Shown: positions 30,068 to 39,369 of the stretch, one piece after another
How positions within the stretch are numbered: position 1 is the first letter of the stretch
How the letters are laid out: the number at the start of each line of letters is the position of its first letter
From: Candidatus Zixiibacteriota bacterium
GTDB lineage: Bacteria; Zixibacteria; MSB-5A5; GN15; FEB-12
Direction of reading: 5' to 3'
DNA: 44,117 nucleotides
Assembly: GCA_041742355.1 (NCBI GenBank)
Contig: JBGSIV010000138.1
Location: 1-44,117 of the forward strand
Made by a program: the position numbers and the translations under genes
Notes under the pieces: generated by a model
Told to the model about the DNA's origin: nothing
Databases searched by the model: none
The model's input: the letters and a program-made list of their open reading frames with translations, nothing else

Positions 30068-31282
30068 ATGAAGGCAGTGATTATAGCAGTTCTGGCAGTC
30101 ACGTTTCTGGCCGGCGCGGCCGGCGCGGCGACCACGATCGAGTGGTGGCAATTCTGGACCGATCCGGCCGTCAAACCGGTGATCGAAAGCATGGTGGCCG
30201 ATTTCGAGAAGGCCAATCCCGATATCAAGGTCAAACTGACCGATCTTACCTGGGCGAACGGTCACGAGAAGATCGTCCTGGCCTTTTCCTCGGGGACCGC
30301 TCCCGATGTCGTGGAACTGGGATCCGACTGGATTGCCCAGTTCGCCGCCAATGACCAGTTGGCCGATATCGGCCCGATGGTATCTGTCGACAGTGCGCAG
30401 TTCCAGGGCTGGGGGCTTTCCACCTATAAGGGTGCAGTCTATGCCTGCCCGTGGATTCTCGGCACCCGGGTCTTGTTCGGCAACCGGGACCTCCTCACCC
30501 GGGCGGGTTTCGACACCGCTTTCTACCCGATCAACTGGGCTCAGCTCAAGGATGCGGCAAAGAGGATCCAGGCGCTCGGTTCGAACCTGTACGGCTGGGG
30601 CTCCAATACGGCCGAGAAACACCGCCTCTACAAGAAGTATCTCCCGTTCTTCTGGTCGGCCGGCGCCCAGATATTTTCCGATGACGGCTCGATGTGTGTT
30701 GTGGCGTCATCCAAGGCCGTGCAGGCGCTGCGGACGTACCAGGAGCTGCACGATTCCGCCGGGTACGTGGACACGCAGCGCGGGATCGAGGATGCTTTCC
30801 TCGACGGCAAGGTAGGGTTTATCATCTCGGGCGACTGGCTACTTAAGCGAATCGAACTGGAGAACCGGAAGACCAACCTGCTGTCGACGTTTGTGCCCGG
30901 CCCGACGTATCCCGGCCGGTCGTTTTTGGGCGGGGAGTACCTTGCGATCAGCAAGGACAGCGACAACAAGGACGCGGCGATGAGGCTGATTCGATTCGTG
31001 ACTTCGCCGGAAAACCAGGTGAAGTTTTGCAAGGCGAACCGCTCGGCGAACCCATCGAGCCTTGCGGCCCAGGATGACCCCTACTTTTCGTCCAGCCTCC
31101 ACCTTCAGACTTTCATCGCGGCGATCCGCACCGCCGAACACCCGCCGGTCGATCCCGATTGGGTGTACATCGAGGATATCCTCGAGAAGGCGGTCGAGGA
31201 CGCGATTTTCGGCTCGCACCTTGCGGGGGATGCGCTCCTTGAGGCGCGGTATAAAATCGAGGAACTCAAGGGTCTCAGATGA
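30068..31282 (+). CDS. Carbohydrate ABC transporter substrate-binding protein (CUT1)
   Basis: Sec signal without lipobox; FEKANPDIKVK, GTAPDVV, LGGEYLAI. Start 30068 or 30062. Confidence 0.9.
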   Translation: MKAVIIAVLAVTFLAGAAGAATTIEWWQFWTDPAVKPVIESMVADFEKANPDIKVKLTDLTWANGHEKIVLAFSSGTAPDVVELGSDWIAQFAANDQLADIGPMVSVDSAQFQGWGLSTYKGAVYACPWILGTRVLFGNRDLLTRAGFDTAFYPINWAQLKDAAKRIQALGSNLYGWGSNTAEKHRLYKKYLPFFWSAGAQIFSDDGSMCVVASSKAVQALRTYQELHDSAGYVDTQRGIEDAFLDGKVGFIISGDWLLKRIELENRKTNLLSTFVPGPTYPGRSFLGGEYLAISKDSDNKDAAMRLIRFVTSPENQVKFCKANRSANPSSLAAQDDPYFSSSLHLQTFIAAIRTAEHPPVDPDWVYIEDILEKAVEDAIFGSHLAGDALLEARYKIEELKGLR

Positions 31283-32148
31283 GTCAATCGCGGCTGACTG
31301 CCCTAATCCTCCTTTCCCCCTGGATTCTCAGCTTCCTGGTGTTCTGGCTGTTTCCGCTGGTTTACTCCCTGGTCATGGGGTTTACCGATTACCGCCTGGT
31401 TGCCCGCGACTGGACCTGGGTCGGCTTCGACAACTACCGGTCGCTCCTGCAGGATGGGGCATTCCGATCGTCGATCGAGAATACTCTGGTATTTGTGCTC
31501 GGGACGGTTCCGGTCACGACCATTCTCGCGCTCGGCATGGCGCTGCTGGTGAACCGACAGTTTCCCGGCCGGGGTTTGTTCCGCGCCGGCTTCTTCATGC
31601 CGTCGATCACCGCGATCGTCGTCATCGCCCTGATCTTCACCAACCTCTACCAGCGGGGCGGATACATCGCCACGCTGGCCGAGATGGTTGGCGTGACCCC
31701 GCCGCAGCACGGCTGGCTGTACAACGAAGGGACGGCGCTGTATGCGATCATGGCGATGGATGTCTGGATGGCAGTGGGCTACTACATGCTCATATTCCTG
31801 GCCGGCCTGAAGTCCATTCCGGAGGAGTTATACGAAGCGGCTCGCATCCAGGGTGCGGGGCAATTGCGGCAGTTCTTCTCGATCACTCTCCCCCTGCTGC
31901 GGCCGGTGGCTCTGTTCATCCTCGTGATCAATTCGATCAAGTCGTTCCAGGTGTTTATCGAGATTTTCGTGATGACCAAGGGGAAATTCGACACCGCCTC
32001 GATGGTGTACTTCGTGTACGAAACCGGACTGACGACGGCGTTCCAGTTCGGGTATGCCTCGGCGGCCGCGTATGTTCTGTTCGTCATCATTGCCCTGTTC
32101 TCGATCCTGCAGTTTGCGCTGCTCCGGCGGAGGCAGTCCTTATGGTGA
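31279..32148 (+). CDS. Carbohydrate ABC transporter permease 1
   Basis: WVGFDNY, EAA loop ELYEAARIQGA, ITLPLLRP. Confidence 0.93.
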   Translation: MSQSRLTALILLSPWILSFLVFWLFPLVYSLVMGFTDYRLVARDWTWVGFDNYRSLLQDGAFRSSIENTLVFVLGTVPVTTILALGMALLVNRQFPGRGLFRAGFFMPSITAIVVIALIFTNLYQRGGYIATLAEMVGVTPPQHGWLYNEGTALYAIMAMDVWMAVGYYMLIFLAGLKSIPEELYEAARIQGAGQLRQFFSITLPLLRPVALFILVINSIKSFQVFIEIFVMTKGKFDTASMVYFVYETGLTTAFQFGYASAAAYVLFVIIALFSILQFALLRRRQSLW

Positions 32149-32963
32149 GGACGATCATTCGTGCAGCCGGACGCTATCTGGTGCTGGGCGTGGTCCTGGT
32201 GATCATGCTCTTTCCGCTGGCCTGGATGTTCCGGGTGGCGTTTATGTCGCCGGGATCATCGATCGCGCTCGGGAGCCTCTTCACGGGGGACTTCACCCTC
32301 GGCAATTTCACCGACCTCTTCGTCTCCGGCAGTATCGGGCGGTACCTGTTCAACTCGGCGTTCGTGGCGGCGGTGGTCACCCTCGGCAACATCATTTTCT
32401 GCTTTATGGTGGCGTACGTGCTGGCCCGCAGGGCCGGGTTCTGGATGAAAGCGTTTTTCGCCACGGTGGTGTTGGTCCTAATGATTCCGGCCCATATCCT
32501 GATTGTGCCGCTGTATGTGCTTATGCTGAAGACCCGTATGTACGACACCTATTGGGCGCTGATTCTCCCCTGGCTGGTCTATCCGATAGGGATATTTCTG
32601 GTCAAGCAGTACCTGGAGGCCATCCCCCCATCGATGGAGGAGGCGGCCAGGATCGACGGGGCCGGAGAGGCCCGGATTTTGCTCACCGTGGTCATGCCTC
32701 TGTGCAAGCCGGCGCTGGCGGTGCTGGCGATTCAGGCGTTTTTTACGAACTGGAACTCTTTTCTTTTTCCCTTCATTTTCGTATCACGTGAGGAACTTCG
32801 CACGCTCCCCGTTGGTTTGGCACACTATCAGGGGCAGCAAGCGATTGACTGGCAACACCTGATGGCCGGTTCGGCGGTCGCGGTGTTGCCCATTCTGGTG
32901 CTGTTTGTGTTCTTGCAGAGACAGATTGTGTCCGGCATTACGGCCGGCGGCATCAAGCAGTGA
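32142..32963 (+). CDS. Carbohydrate ABC transporter permease 2
   Basis: FNS, EAA loop MEEAARIDGA, WNSFLFP, TLPVGL. ATG 32142 (the track extends it to 31062). Confidence 0.92.
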   Translation: MVRTIIRAAGRYLVLGVVLVIMLFPLAWMFRVAFMSPGSSIALGSLFTGDFTLGNFTDLFVSGSIGRYLFNSAFVAAVVTLGNIIFCFMVAYVLARRAGFWMKAFFATVVLVLMIPAHILIVPLYVLMLKTRMYDTYWALILPWLVYPIGIFLVKQYLEAIPPSMEEAARIDGAGEARILLTVVMPLCKPALAVLAIQAFFTNWNSFLFPFIFVSREELRTLPVGLAHYQGQQAIDWQHLMAGSAVAVLPILVLFVFLQRQIVSGITAGGIKQ

Positions 32964-32997
32964 CAGGTTCTGCGCCCAAAGTGGAGCCACTTTTTTC

Positions 32998-33026
32998 TTG
33001 CGCGGGGAAGCGGAAGTTAGGATACT
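32998..33026 (+). promoter_or_regulatory. Possible sigma70 promoter of the OmpA-like gene
   Basis: TTGCGC, 17-nt spacer, GATACT. Confidence 0.4.
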
Positions 33027-33093
33027 TAAGGATCATACGAATCGGACTGCAAGCGGATAACGGACTCAAATCTCATGCGAAAGGATTAACCGT

Positions 33094-33696
33094 ATGAAGG
33101 TACTCATGACATCGGTTCTTGGTCTGAGCCTGTTGCTCGCGGCCGGTTGCGGCGTGAACAAAGAGTATGTGCAGCAGCAGGTGTCCGAATCCGAGGCCCG
33201 CACGACCCAGCAGGTCGGCCAGCTGCAGTCGGATCTGACCTCCCAACAGGAGCAGATTTCCCGCCTTGAAACCCTCAGCCAGGAGCTGTCGGAGAAAGCC
33301 GATATGGCGATCAACAAGGCGGCAGGCTTCGAGAACTACCAGATTCTCTTCGACGGCGTGGTGAATTTTGATTTCGATCAGTACGAGATCAACCCGACCG
33401 CCGAACAGACCCTGCTTGAGGCCTGCGACCGTCTGGAACAGAACCCCGGTTCTGTCGTGACGATTGCCGGCCACACCGATCAGACGGGCTCGACGAAGTA
33501 CAACATGATGCTTGGCCAAATGCGCGCCGAGGCGACGAAGCTGTTCCTCGCCGATCGGTGCGGCGTGGCTCCCTACCGCTCGTTTGTCGTCAGCTACGGC
33601 GAGACGAAGCCGGCCTCCATGCCGGACGAGCGCAGCGCCGCGTCGGCCAACCGCCGCGTGCAGGTTCAGGTTTGGGGCGTTCCGCAGCAGCAGTAA
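33094..33696 (+). CDS. OmpA/Pal-family peptidoglycan-binding lipoprotein with N-terminal coiled coil
   Basis: Lipobox AAGC, Q-rich helix, VNFDFD, GHTD...YN..LG..RA, SYGE, NRRV. Confidence 0.88.
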   Translation: MKVLMTSVLGLSLLLAAGCGVNKEYVQQQVSESEARTTQQVGQLQSDLTSQQEQISRLETLSQELSEKADMAINKAAGFENYQILFDGVVNFDFDQYEINPTAEQTLLEACDRLEQNPGSVVTIAGHTDQTGSTKYNMMLGQMRAEATKLFLADRCGVAPYRSFVVSYGETKPASMPDERSAASANRRVQVQVWGVPQQQ

Positions 33697-33731
33697 GTCT
33701 GTACGTCAGTGATTTCCGGAATCATATGAAC

Positions 33732-33765
33732 ACGGGCGGGAAGTTCTTCCCGCCCGTTTCTATTT
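33732..33765. terminator. Intrinsic terminator between convergent genes (probably bidirectional)
   Basis: ACGGGCGGGAAG-tt-CTTCCCGCCCGT perfect inverted repeat followed by TTCTATTT. Confidence 0.8.
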
Positions 33766-33780
33766 CCACGTGGGGAACCA

Positions 33781-34407
33781 TCAGCCTTCGCGACGGAACA
33801 CCAGGACCTCGTCTTGAAACTGGCCGTGGCGGAGTTCCGGGCTGTCGTAGATTATTCTGGGCGGGCCGAAACCACACTCCTGCATCAGGGCGTAGAGACC
33901 TCCCCGGTTGTACCGGTTGTGGTGGAATCCCTGCGGCTCCTGGTGGATGCAGTCCGGCTGGTCGTGCATTCGGATGAACATCGAGAGGATCACGTATCCG
34001 CGCGAGACCCGGGCCAGTTCCCGTACGATAGGCTCGTAGTGGGCGGCGTGCTCTATCACATCCTTGGATAAGACCAGGTCAAAGCTGCGGTCGGCGAAGG
34101 GGATTTCACCGACATCGGCCAGCGTGACCGACGCCGGGTATCCGTTGAGGTTGACCATGGCGTACACGAGCGCTTTGGGGTTGCTGTCCAACCCGATGTA
34201 AGTTCCGGGAAAGCGCTTCTGGAACAAGCGGTAACCCTCGGCCCCCGTGTTGCACCCGGCATCAAGCAGGCGAGTGGATTCGGTGCTGTGGGCGAGGACG
34301 AATTCCTCGATTCGATCCCGTGTCTTCTGCTGGCCCAGCCGGTCAAACTGATCCTTTGTGGCCGGGCCGATGATGTGGTCGATTTGGCGCCAGTAAGTTT
34401 GCTGCAT
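33781..34407 (-). CDS. Class I SAM-dependent methyltransferase
   Basis: LLDAGCNTG, IGLD, PFADRSFDLV, VIEH, ELARV. Confidence 0.87.
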   Translation of the reverse strand: MQQTYWRQIDHIIGPATKDQFDRLGQQKTRDRIEEFVLAHSTESTRLLDAGCNTGAEGYRLFQKRFPGTYIGLDSNPKALVYAMVNLNGYPASVTLADVGEIPFADRSFDLVLSKDVIEHAAHYEPIVRELARVSRGYVILSMFIRMHDQPDCIHQEPQGFHHNRYNRGGLYALMQECGFGPPRIIYDSPELRHGQFQDEVLVFRREG

Positions 34408-34521
34408 GCGACAGGCCGTCCCTGGTTTTGGTGAACACTTCTCCTATCGGAGATTGTCGGCAGCGGAGGGGGATCGCATTACTGCCGGGATCGCATGCGG
34501 TGCGGAGACCCGGCCAGGGGG

Positions 34522-36261
34522 CTACCGGAAAATCAGCTCGGAGCCGGCGGTTTCGAAGCGCGCCCGGACCTCGACGGTATCGACCAGGGAGGCCTGGGTT
34601 TCGGCGAACCGGTACGGATGGAGCGATCCCAGCGACAGCACGCCGTCGAGATCGGTGTCGATGAAGCCGGAGAGCAGGTAGTCGCCCGCGGGTACATCGA
34701 TGACAAATGAAGTGCCCACCGCGCGCAACGTGTAGCTTTCGGTCTTCCCCACCCGGCGAAACGTAAGCATGATCGGGGCGGTGCGGAGGTCGGTGAGTTC
34801 CACGGATATGGTCCCGGCGATCGATCCGAGCGAGTCGACATTGAGCGTGCTGAACCGGTATTCTCGTAGAGAGTCGCCGACCGTGTTGCCGGCCGGGTCA
34901 CGCAGTTCGAATTCGGTCACGCTCACACGGTACGACTCCCCTTCCTTGAGGCTTTCCTTCTCAAACCCGATGCGGAAAGGATCACGCCAGGACCAACCCA
35001 CCGGCACCTGAATCGAATCCGGCTCGCGCCAGAAGACAAAGGTCTCAGGTGTGATCGCGGCGGTGTCGAGCGGTTCGCTGAAGGTTATGGTCGGATCGAG
35101 GTCGCGTAGGAAATGCGATCCTTGGTCAGGAGTGAATGCGACGATCGTCGGCCTTGACCGGTCCTCGGGATAGCCGATCGCAATCGTATCCTGGATCAGT
35201 GCGGGCCGTTCCGGATCGAAGGTGACCTCGAGCCGATACTGCCCGGTGTCGGGGCGACCGAACCAGGCCGTGAGAGTCGCTGATGAATCTCTTTCGGTTT
35301 CGAGGATGCTCCGGGCCCTCACGGCCTGAGTGGTGTCCGCGAGAGGCCGGAGAACCATATTCGACGGATTGGCGGCGAGGAAGGCGGTCGGAATGGCCCT
35401 TACCGTGCGGATCCGCAGCAAGCGGTCGGCGGTGAAGGTCGCCGACAAAATACCGGCGGATGTGGTGTCCTCGCTCGTCATGCTGAGGCGGAGGTCGGTG
35501 AGCGGGAGCGGTCCGTTGACCGCGATGGGGCGGTCGGGCAGGGCGAAAGCCTCCCGACCCGGATTGAACCGTTCGTTGCCGTTGCGATCCTGGAAGACGA
35601 CCAGGCGGTACTCGCGATCGGGGAGGTACGCGAAGCTGAACCGGCCCTGCTGGTTGGTCGTCGTGAGGTAGGTCGGCGGAAGGCTGTCCCAGATCACCGA
35701 ATCGGCGGCGAAAAGATCCATCTCGTACAAGGCGGCGAGCAGCCCGGTCATGGGAGAGCGGTTGTTCATCACAGTCCCGGACACCCGGCCGGAATCGAGC
35801 GTTGCACCCGTGGAGAAGGCGATCGTGCCGGCGCTGTCGAAGCGATTGCCGCGCAGGTCGGTGATCGTACTGCTCAGGGAAATGATGTACGTCTGATCGG
35901 GCTGGATGCTGTCGGGGAAAATGATCTCGATCCGGTCGCCGTGCCAGCGCACGCGCGGTTCCTCGGCGAACCGGGGGGAAATGAAGAAGGCTTTGCCGGC
36001 CCGGGGTTCGACCACCCGTTCTGAGAACTGCAGGACGACCCGATCAGTCGGGGGGACATTGGTCGATCCGTTGGCGGGGATAACAGTCAGCAGCGACGGA
36101 CCGGCTTCATCAGCCTCGCCGCCCGGCGGTGGCGCCACCTCGGCGCAGGAGAGAATCACCGCGACCGCGGCCAGTGCGACCGCAACGGCGGTAAGACCTA
36201 CCGGCCGAGCTTTGTTTTGACGGCCATGTTGTCCGGATCGAGTTCGAGTGCTTTCTGCCAC
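34522..36261 (-). CDS. Ig-like (Big_5) domain lipoprotein
   Basis: ILSC lipobox then PPPGG; P.NGS...FSE and FSEPLD Ig-like repeats. The only in-frame start codon upstream of the signal is GTG 36261. Confidence 0.78.
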   Translation of the reverse strand: MAESTRTRSGQHGRQNKARPVGLTAVAVALAAVAVILSCAEVAPPPGGEADEAGPSLLTVIPANGSTNVPPTDRVVLQFSERVVEPRAGKAFFISPRFAEEPRVRWHGDRIEIIFPDSIQPDQTYIISLSSTITDLRGNRFDSAGTIAFSTGATLDSGRVSGTVMNNRSPMTGLLAALYEMDLFAADSVIWDSLPPTYLTTTNQQGRFSFAYLPDREYRLVVFQDRNGNERFNPGREAFALPDRPIAVNGPLPLTDLRLSMTSEDTTSAGILSATFTADRLLRIRTVRAIPTAFLAANPSNMVLRPLADTTQAVRARSILETERDSSATLTAWFGRPDTGQYRLEVTFDPERPALIQDTIAIGYPEDRSRPTIVAFTPDQGSHFLRDLDPTITFSEPLDTAAITPETFVFWREPDSIQVPVGWSWRDPFRIGFEKESLKEGESYRVSVTEFELRDPAGNTVGDSLREYRFSTLNVDSLGSIAGTISVELTDLRTAPIMLTFRRVGKTESYTLRAVGTSFVIDVPAGDYLLSGFIDTDLDGVLSLGSLHPYRFAETQASLVDTVEVRARFETAGSELIFR

Positions 36262-37871
36262 CAGCGCCGCGCTTCCTCAGTATTTCCCAGAGCCTGATAG
36301 ATATCGCCCAGATGATCGAACATTGTCGGGTCGCTGTCAAGCGCAACCGCACGTTCCATGTACTCCCGGGCTTCATTGAAGTTGCCCAGGCGGTAGTGCA
36401 CCCAGGCATAGCTGTCGAGGTAGGCGGCGTTCTCCGGGCTGATCTTGAGCGCTCGCTCGATTAGTTCCCGGGCATAGTCCAGGCGCTGCCCGGAGTCCGC
36501 GAGCATGTAGCCGAGGTAGTTGAGAGCCATGTCGTATTCGGGAGCCTGGGCAACGAGATCCTCAAAGACCGCCAGGGCGCTGTCGAACTTCCCGGATTGC
36601 TCGTACGCCGATCCGAGGGCCATCATGAGCCGGTGGGCGCCATCACGGTCACCTTGGGTTTGACTCAGCCCGGTTCGGTACGCTTCGATCTCTTTCGTCC
36701 TGTTCTCCGCGGCCCGATATGCCGCGCCGAGCTCGGCCCAGCTCTCCCAGGATGAATCGGACAGCGCCAGCACCTGCTGGAACTCGTTCACGGCACGGTC
36801 GGGCTGATCCTGGCGAAGAGCGATTCGCCCGAGGTACTGATGGTTGGCCGGATGGCGCTCTCCCCCGTTTACCAGAGCGGTGAATACCGAATCGGCCGCC
36901 GAAAGCGAGTCGAGGAAGAAGTAGAGCATTCCCAGTCGCCGTGAGGCCTGACGGTCCAGGGGCGAGAAACGGGTCTCCAGTCGGGCGTGTTCTGCCGCCC
37001 GGCCCAAGGAGTCGAGCCGGACATAAACGGCCGCGAGGTTTCTGTGCGCCACGATATTGGCGGAGTCAACGGCCACGACTCTCTGGTATACGGTCAAGGC
37101 CGAGTCGAACTTCTCTCTGGACTCAAGAATCTCCCCGAGGCCGATCAGGGACATGACATTAAACGCATCCGACCGGAGTGAAGCCGAACGTCCGAACGCC
37201 GCTTCAGCCTGGTCGACGTGGCCGAGGTGTAAGTGAATCCGGCCGATTTCGTACCAGACGGCGTAGTTCTCAGGGTCAAGCCGGGCCAGGTTCTCGAACG
37301 CCCAAAGGGCATCCTGTAGCTCCCCATCGCGCGCGTAGCTACTGGCGAGGAAGGAGTACAGTTCGAATCGCGAAGAATCGTGCTCGACCGCGCGGCGGTA
37401 CGCATGCACGGCTGAATCGATCTGGCCCGAACCGCGGTAGATATCGCCGCGCAGTTCCCAGACATCGGCATCTGCCGGTTTGATCGGACCGAGCGCCATC
37501 AGCGCATCGTCGAATCGCTGCATGCGGTACAGGTTTTCACTGAGCGAGAAGCGGATCTCGTAAGACTCAGGGTAGAAACGGAGGGCCTTGCGGTAGCTCT
37601 CGGTGGCCTGATAGGCATTCCCCTGGGCCTCGTAAATGACGGCGTCGACATAGTAGCTGTAAGCCATGGGGTCGATGCGGTCGCCGAGCTCGATCAGGGG
37701 GAGATCCACAGGACGGTCGATTCCCGGGTTATCGGGGGCCGGCTCCTGGGCAAAACCTCCGCCGGTGGCGTATGCGGTGCAGCCGATCAACGAGATCGAG
37801 GCAACGACTAAGAGTAGGAACAGTCTTCTCACGGCATCTGCCCGTCGGTGATTTCCGATCCGACAGGTCAT
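36198..37871 (-). CDS. Tetratricopeptide-repeat (lipo)protein
   Basis: Many TPR units; ALNYLGYMLAD, AYLDSYAWVHY, DHLGDIY; possible lipobox LIGC. Confidence 0.88.
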   Translation of the reverse strand: MTCRIGNHRRADAVRRLFLLLVVASISLIGCTAYATGGGFAQEPAPDNPGIDRPVDLPLIELGDRIDPMAYSYYVDAVIYEAQGNAYQATESYRKALRFYPESYEIRFSLSENLYRMQRFDDALMALGPIKPADADVWELRGDIYRGSGQIDSAVHAYRRAVEHDSSRFELYSFLASSYARDGELQDALWAFENLARLDPENYAVWYEIGRIHLHLGHVDQAEAAFGRSASLRSDAFNVMSLIGLGEILESREKFDSALTVYQRVVAVDSANIVAHRNLAAVYVRLDSLGRAAEHARLETRFSPLDRQASRRLGMLYFFLDSLSAADSVFTALVNGGERHPANHQYLGRIALRQDQPDRAVNEFQQVLALSDSSWESWAELGAAYRAAENRTKEIEAYRTGLSQTQGDRDGAHRLMMALGSAYEQSGKFDSALAVFEDLVAQAPEYDMALNYLGYMLADSGQRLDYARELIERALKISPENAAYLDSYAWVHYRLGNFNEAREYMERAVALDSDPTMFDHLGDIYQALGNTEEARRWWQKALELDPDNMAVKTKLGR

Positions 37872-37920
37872 AATCCTTTCTGAGTATACTACAATAGATC
37901 GAACTGAAAGTGCCCGATGA

Positions 37921-39207
37921 TTACCGGCGCAGTTTCAGAAAGCGGCGCTTGCCGACCTTGAGGACTATCTCCCCCGTCTGCGGCAACCCGAACTCGTGGT
38001 CGGGATTGCTGATCCGCTCACCCTCGAGGGTGACGGCCCCGGCCTGGATGAGCTTGCGGGCCTCGCTGTTGGACTTGGCCAGATCAGCTTTCGCCATGAG
38101 GTGCACCAGGTAGATTCGATCAGGATCAATCTCCCATGCTTTTAGCTCGGCGGGCGTGCATTCGGGCATGTCATCCGGCAGGTGGCCCTGCGAGAAGACG
38201 CGTTCGAACTCTTCCCGGGCCAGCTGGCCATCCCCCGGCTGCTGGTACATGTCGACCAGCCGCACGCCCAATATCTTCTTTACTTCCATTGGGTTAACTC
38301 CCGGTTCAGACAGCCGGGCAACGAGCGCAGCCGCTTCATCGGCAGGGTAGTCGGTCGCCATCGTGAGGTACGAGGCGATCAGATTGTCGGGGATGGACAT
38401 CACTTTGCCGAAGATCTCACGCGGCGATTCATCGATCCCGATGTAATTGCCGATTGACTTGGACATCCGCTTCTCGCCGTCGATCCCGACCAGTACCGGC
38501 AGGGTTAGAACGCACTGCGGCTCCACGCCATAGGCTTCCTGAATTGTCCGTCCGGCCAGGAGATTGAATTTCTGTTCGGTTGCGCCTAGTTCCACGTCGG
38601 CGCGAATCGCCACCGAATCATATGCCTGCATGAGCGGGTAGAACAACTCGTGGATGGAGATCGGAATCCCACCTTTAAAGCGCTTCTCGAAATCGTCACG
38701 TTCGAGCAGGCGGGCGACGGTGAATTTCATCGCCAGGTTCATGACGTCGGCAAAGGACATCTGCTTGAACCACTCGCCGTTGAAGTGCACTTCGGTCTTC
38801 GGCTTATCGAGGATTTTGAAGAACTGCTGCTGGTAGGTTTCCGCGTTCTTCATGATCGTATCGTATTCGAGCTGCGGGCGTGTGGCCGATCGGCCGGAGG
38901 GGTCGCCGACCATGGCGGTGTAGTCGCCGACAATCAGCACAACCTGGTGCCCGAGATCCTGGAACTGGCGGAGTTTGCGTATACCTATGGTGTGCCCGAG
39001 GTGGATGTCGGGGGCGGTCGGGTCGAAGCCCTGTTTCACCCGCAACGGCGTATTGGTGCGAATAGAGCGCTTCACTCGCTCAGCAAACTCCCCTTCGGGG
39101 AGGATGTCGACGGTCCCCCGGGTGATTTCTTTCCACTGGCGTTCGAATTCGCGCTGGACAGCCGGGCTGTCGGAAGGCTGGTTCAACTCGTTCTCCTCGG
39201 TTTGCAT
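37921..39207 (-). CDS. tyrS: Tyrosine--tRNA ligase
   Basis: GFDPTAPDIHLGH, YPLMQAYDS, RMSKS, C-terminal S4 domain ending VGKRRF. ATG 39207 preferred. Confidence 0.97.
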   Translation of the reverse strand: MQTEENELNQPSDSPAVQREFERQWKEITRGTVDILPEGEFAERVKRSIRTNTPLRVKQGFDPTAPDIHLGHTIGIRKLRQFQDLGHQVVLIVGDYTAMVGDPSGRSATRPQLEYDTIMKNAETYQQQFFKILDKPKTEVHFNGEWFKQMSFADVMNLAMKFTVARLLERDDFEKRFKGGIPISIHELFYPLMQAYDSVAIRADVELGATEQKFNLLAGRTIQEAYGVEPQCVLTLPVLVGIDGEKRMSKSIGNYIGIDESPREIFGKVMSIPDNLIASYLTMATDYPADEAAALVARLSEPGVNPMEVKKILGVRLVDMYQQPGDGQLAREEFERVFSQGHLPDDMPECTPAELKAWEIDPDRIYLVHLMAKADLAKSNSEARKLIQAGAVTLEGERISNPDHEFGLPQTGEIVLKVGKRRFLKLRR

Positions 39208-39369
39208 CTTTATAACCGTATCGACATATAAAGTTGGACAGTTAGCGGCCCGGGCGGGCGCCTGAAACCGCTCCGGGTGAGGCACAATTAACGATGCGGG
39301 CGATTCAGGAACAAGCAGGAATTTGTTTTAGCTTGACGGGATTGCAGATATCGACTGTTATTAACAAGT

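Noticed and set aside
31062..32141. Apparent 633-aa permease fusion
   Set aside because: The extension is an alternative frame over the binding protein and permease 1; real homology starts at ATG 32142.
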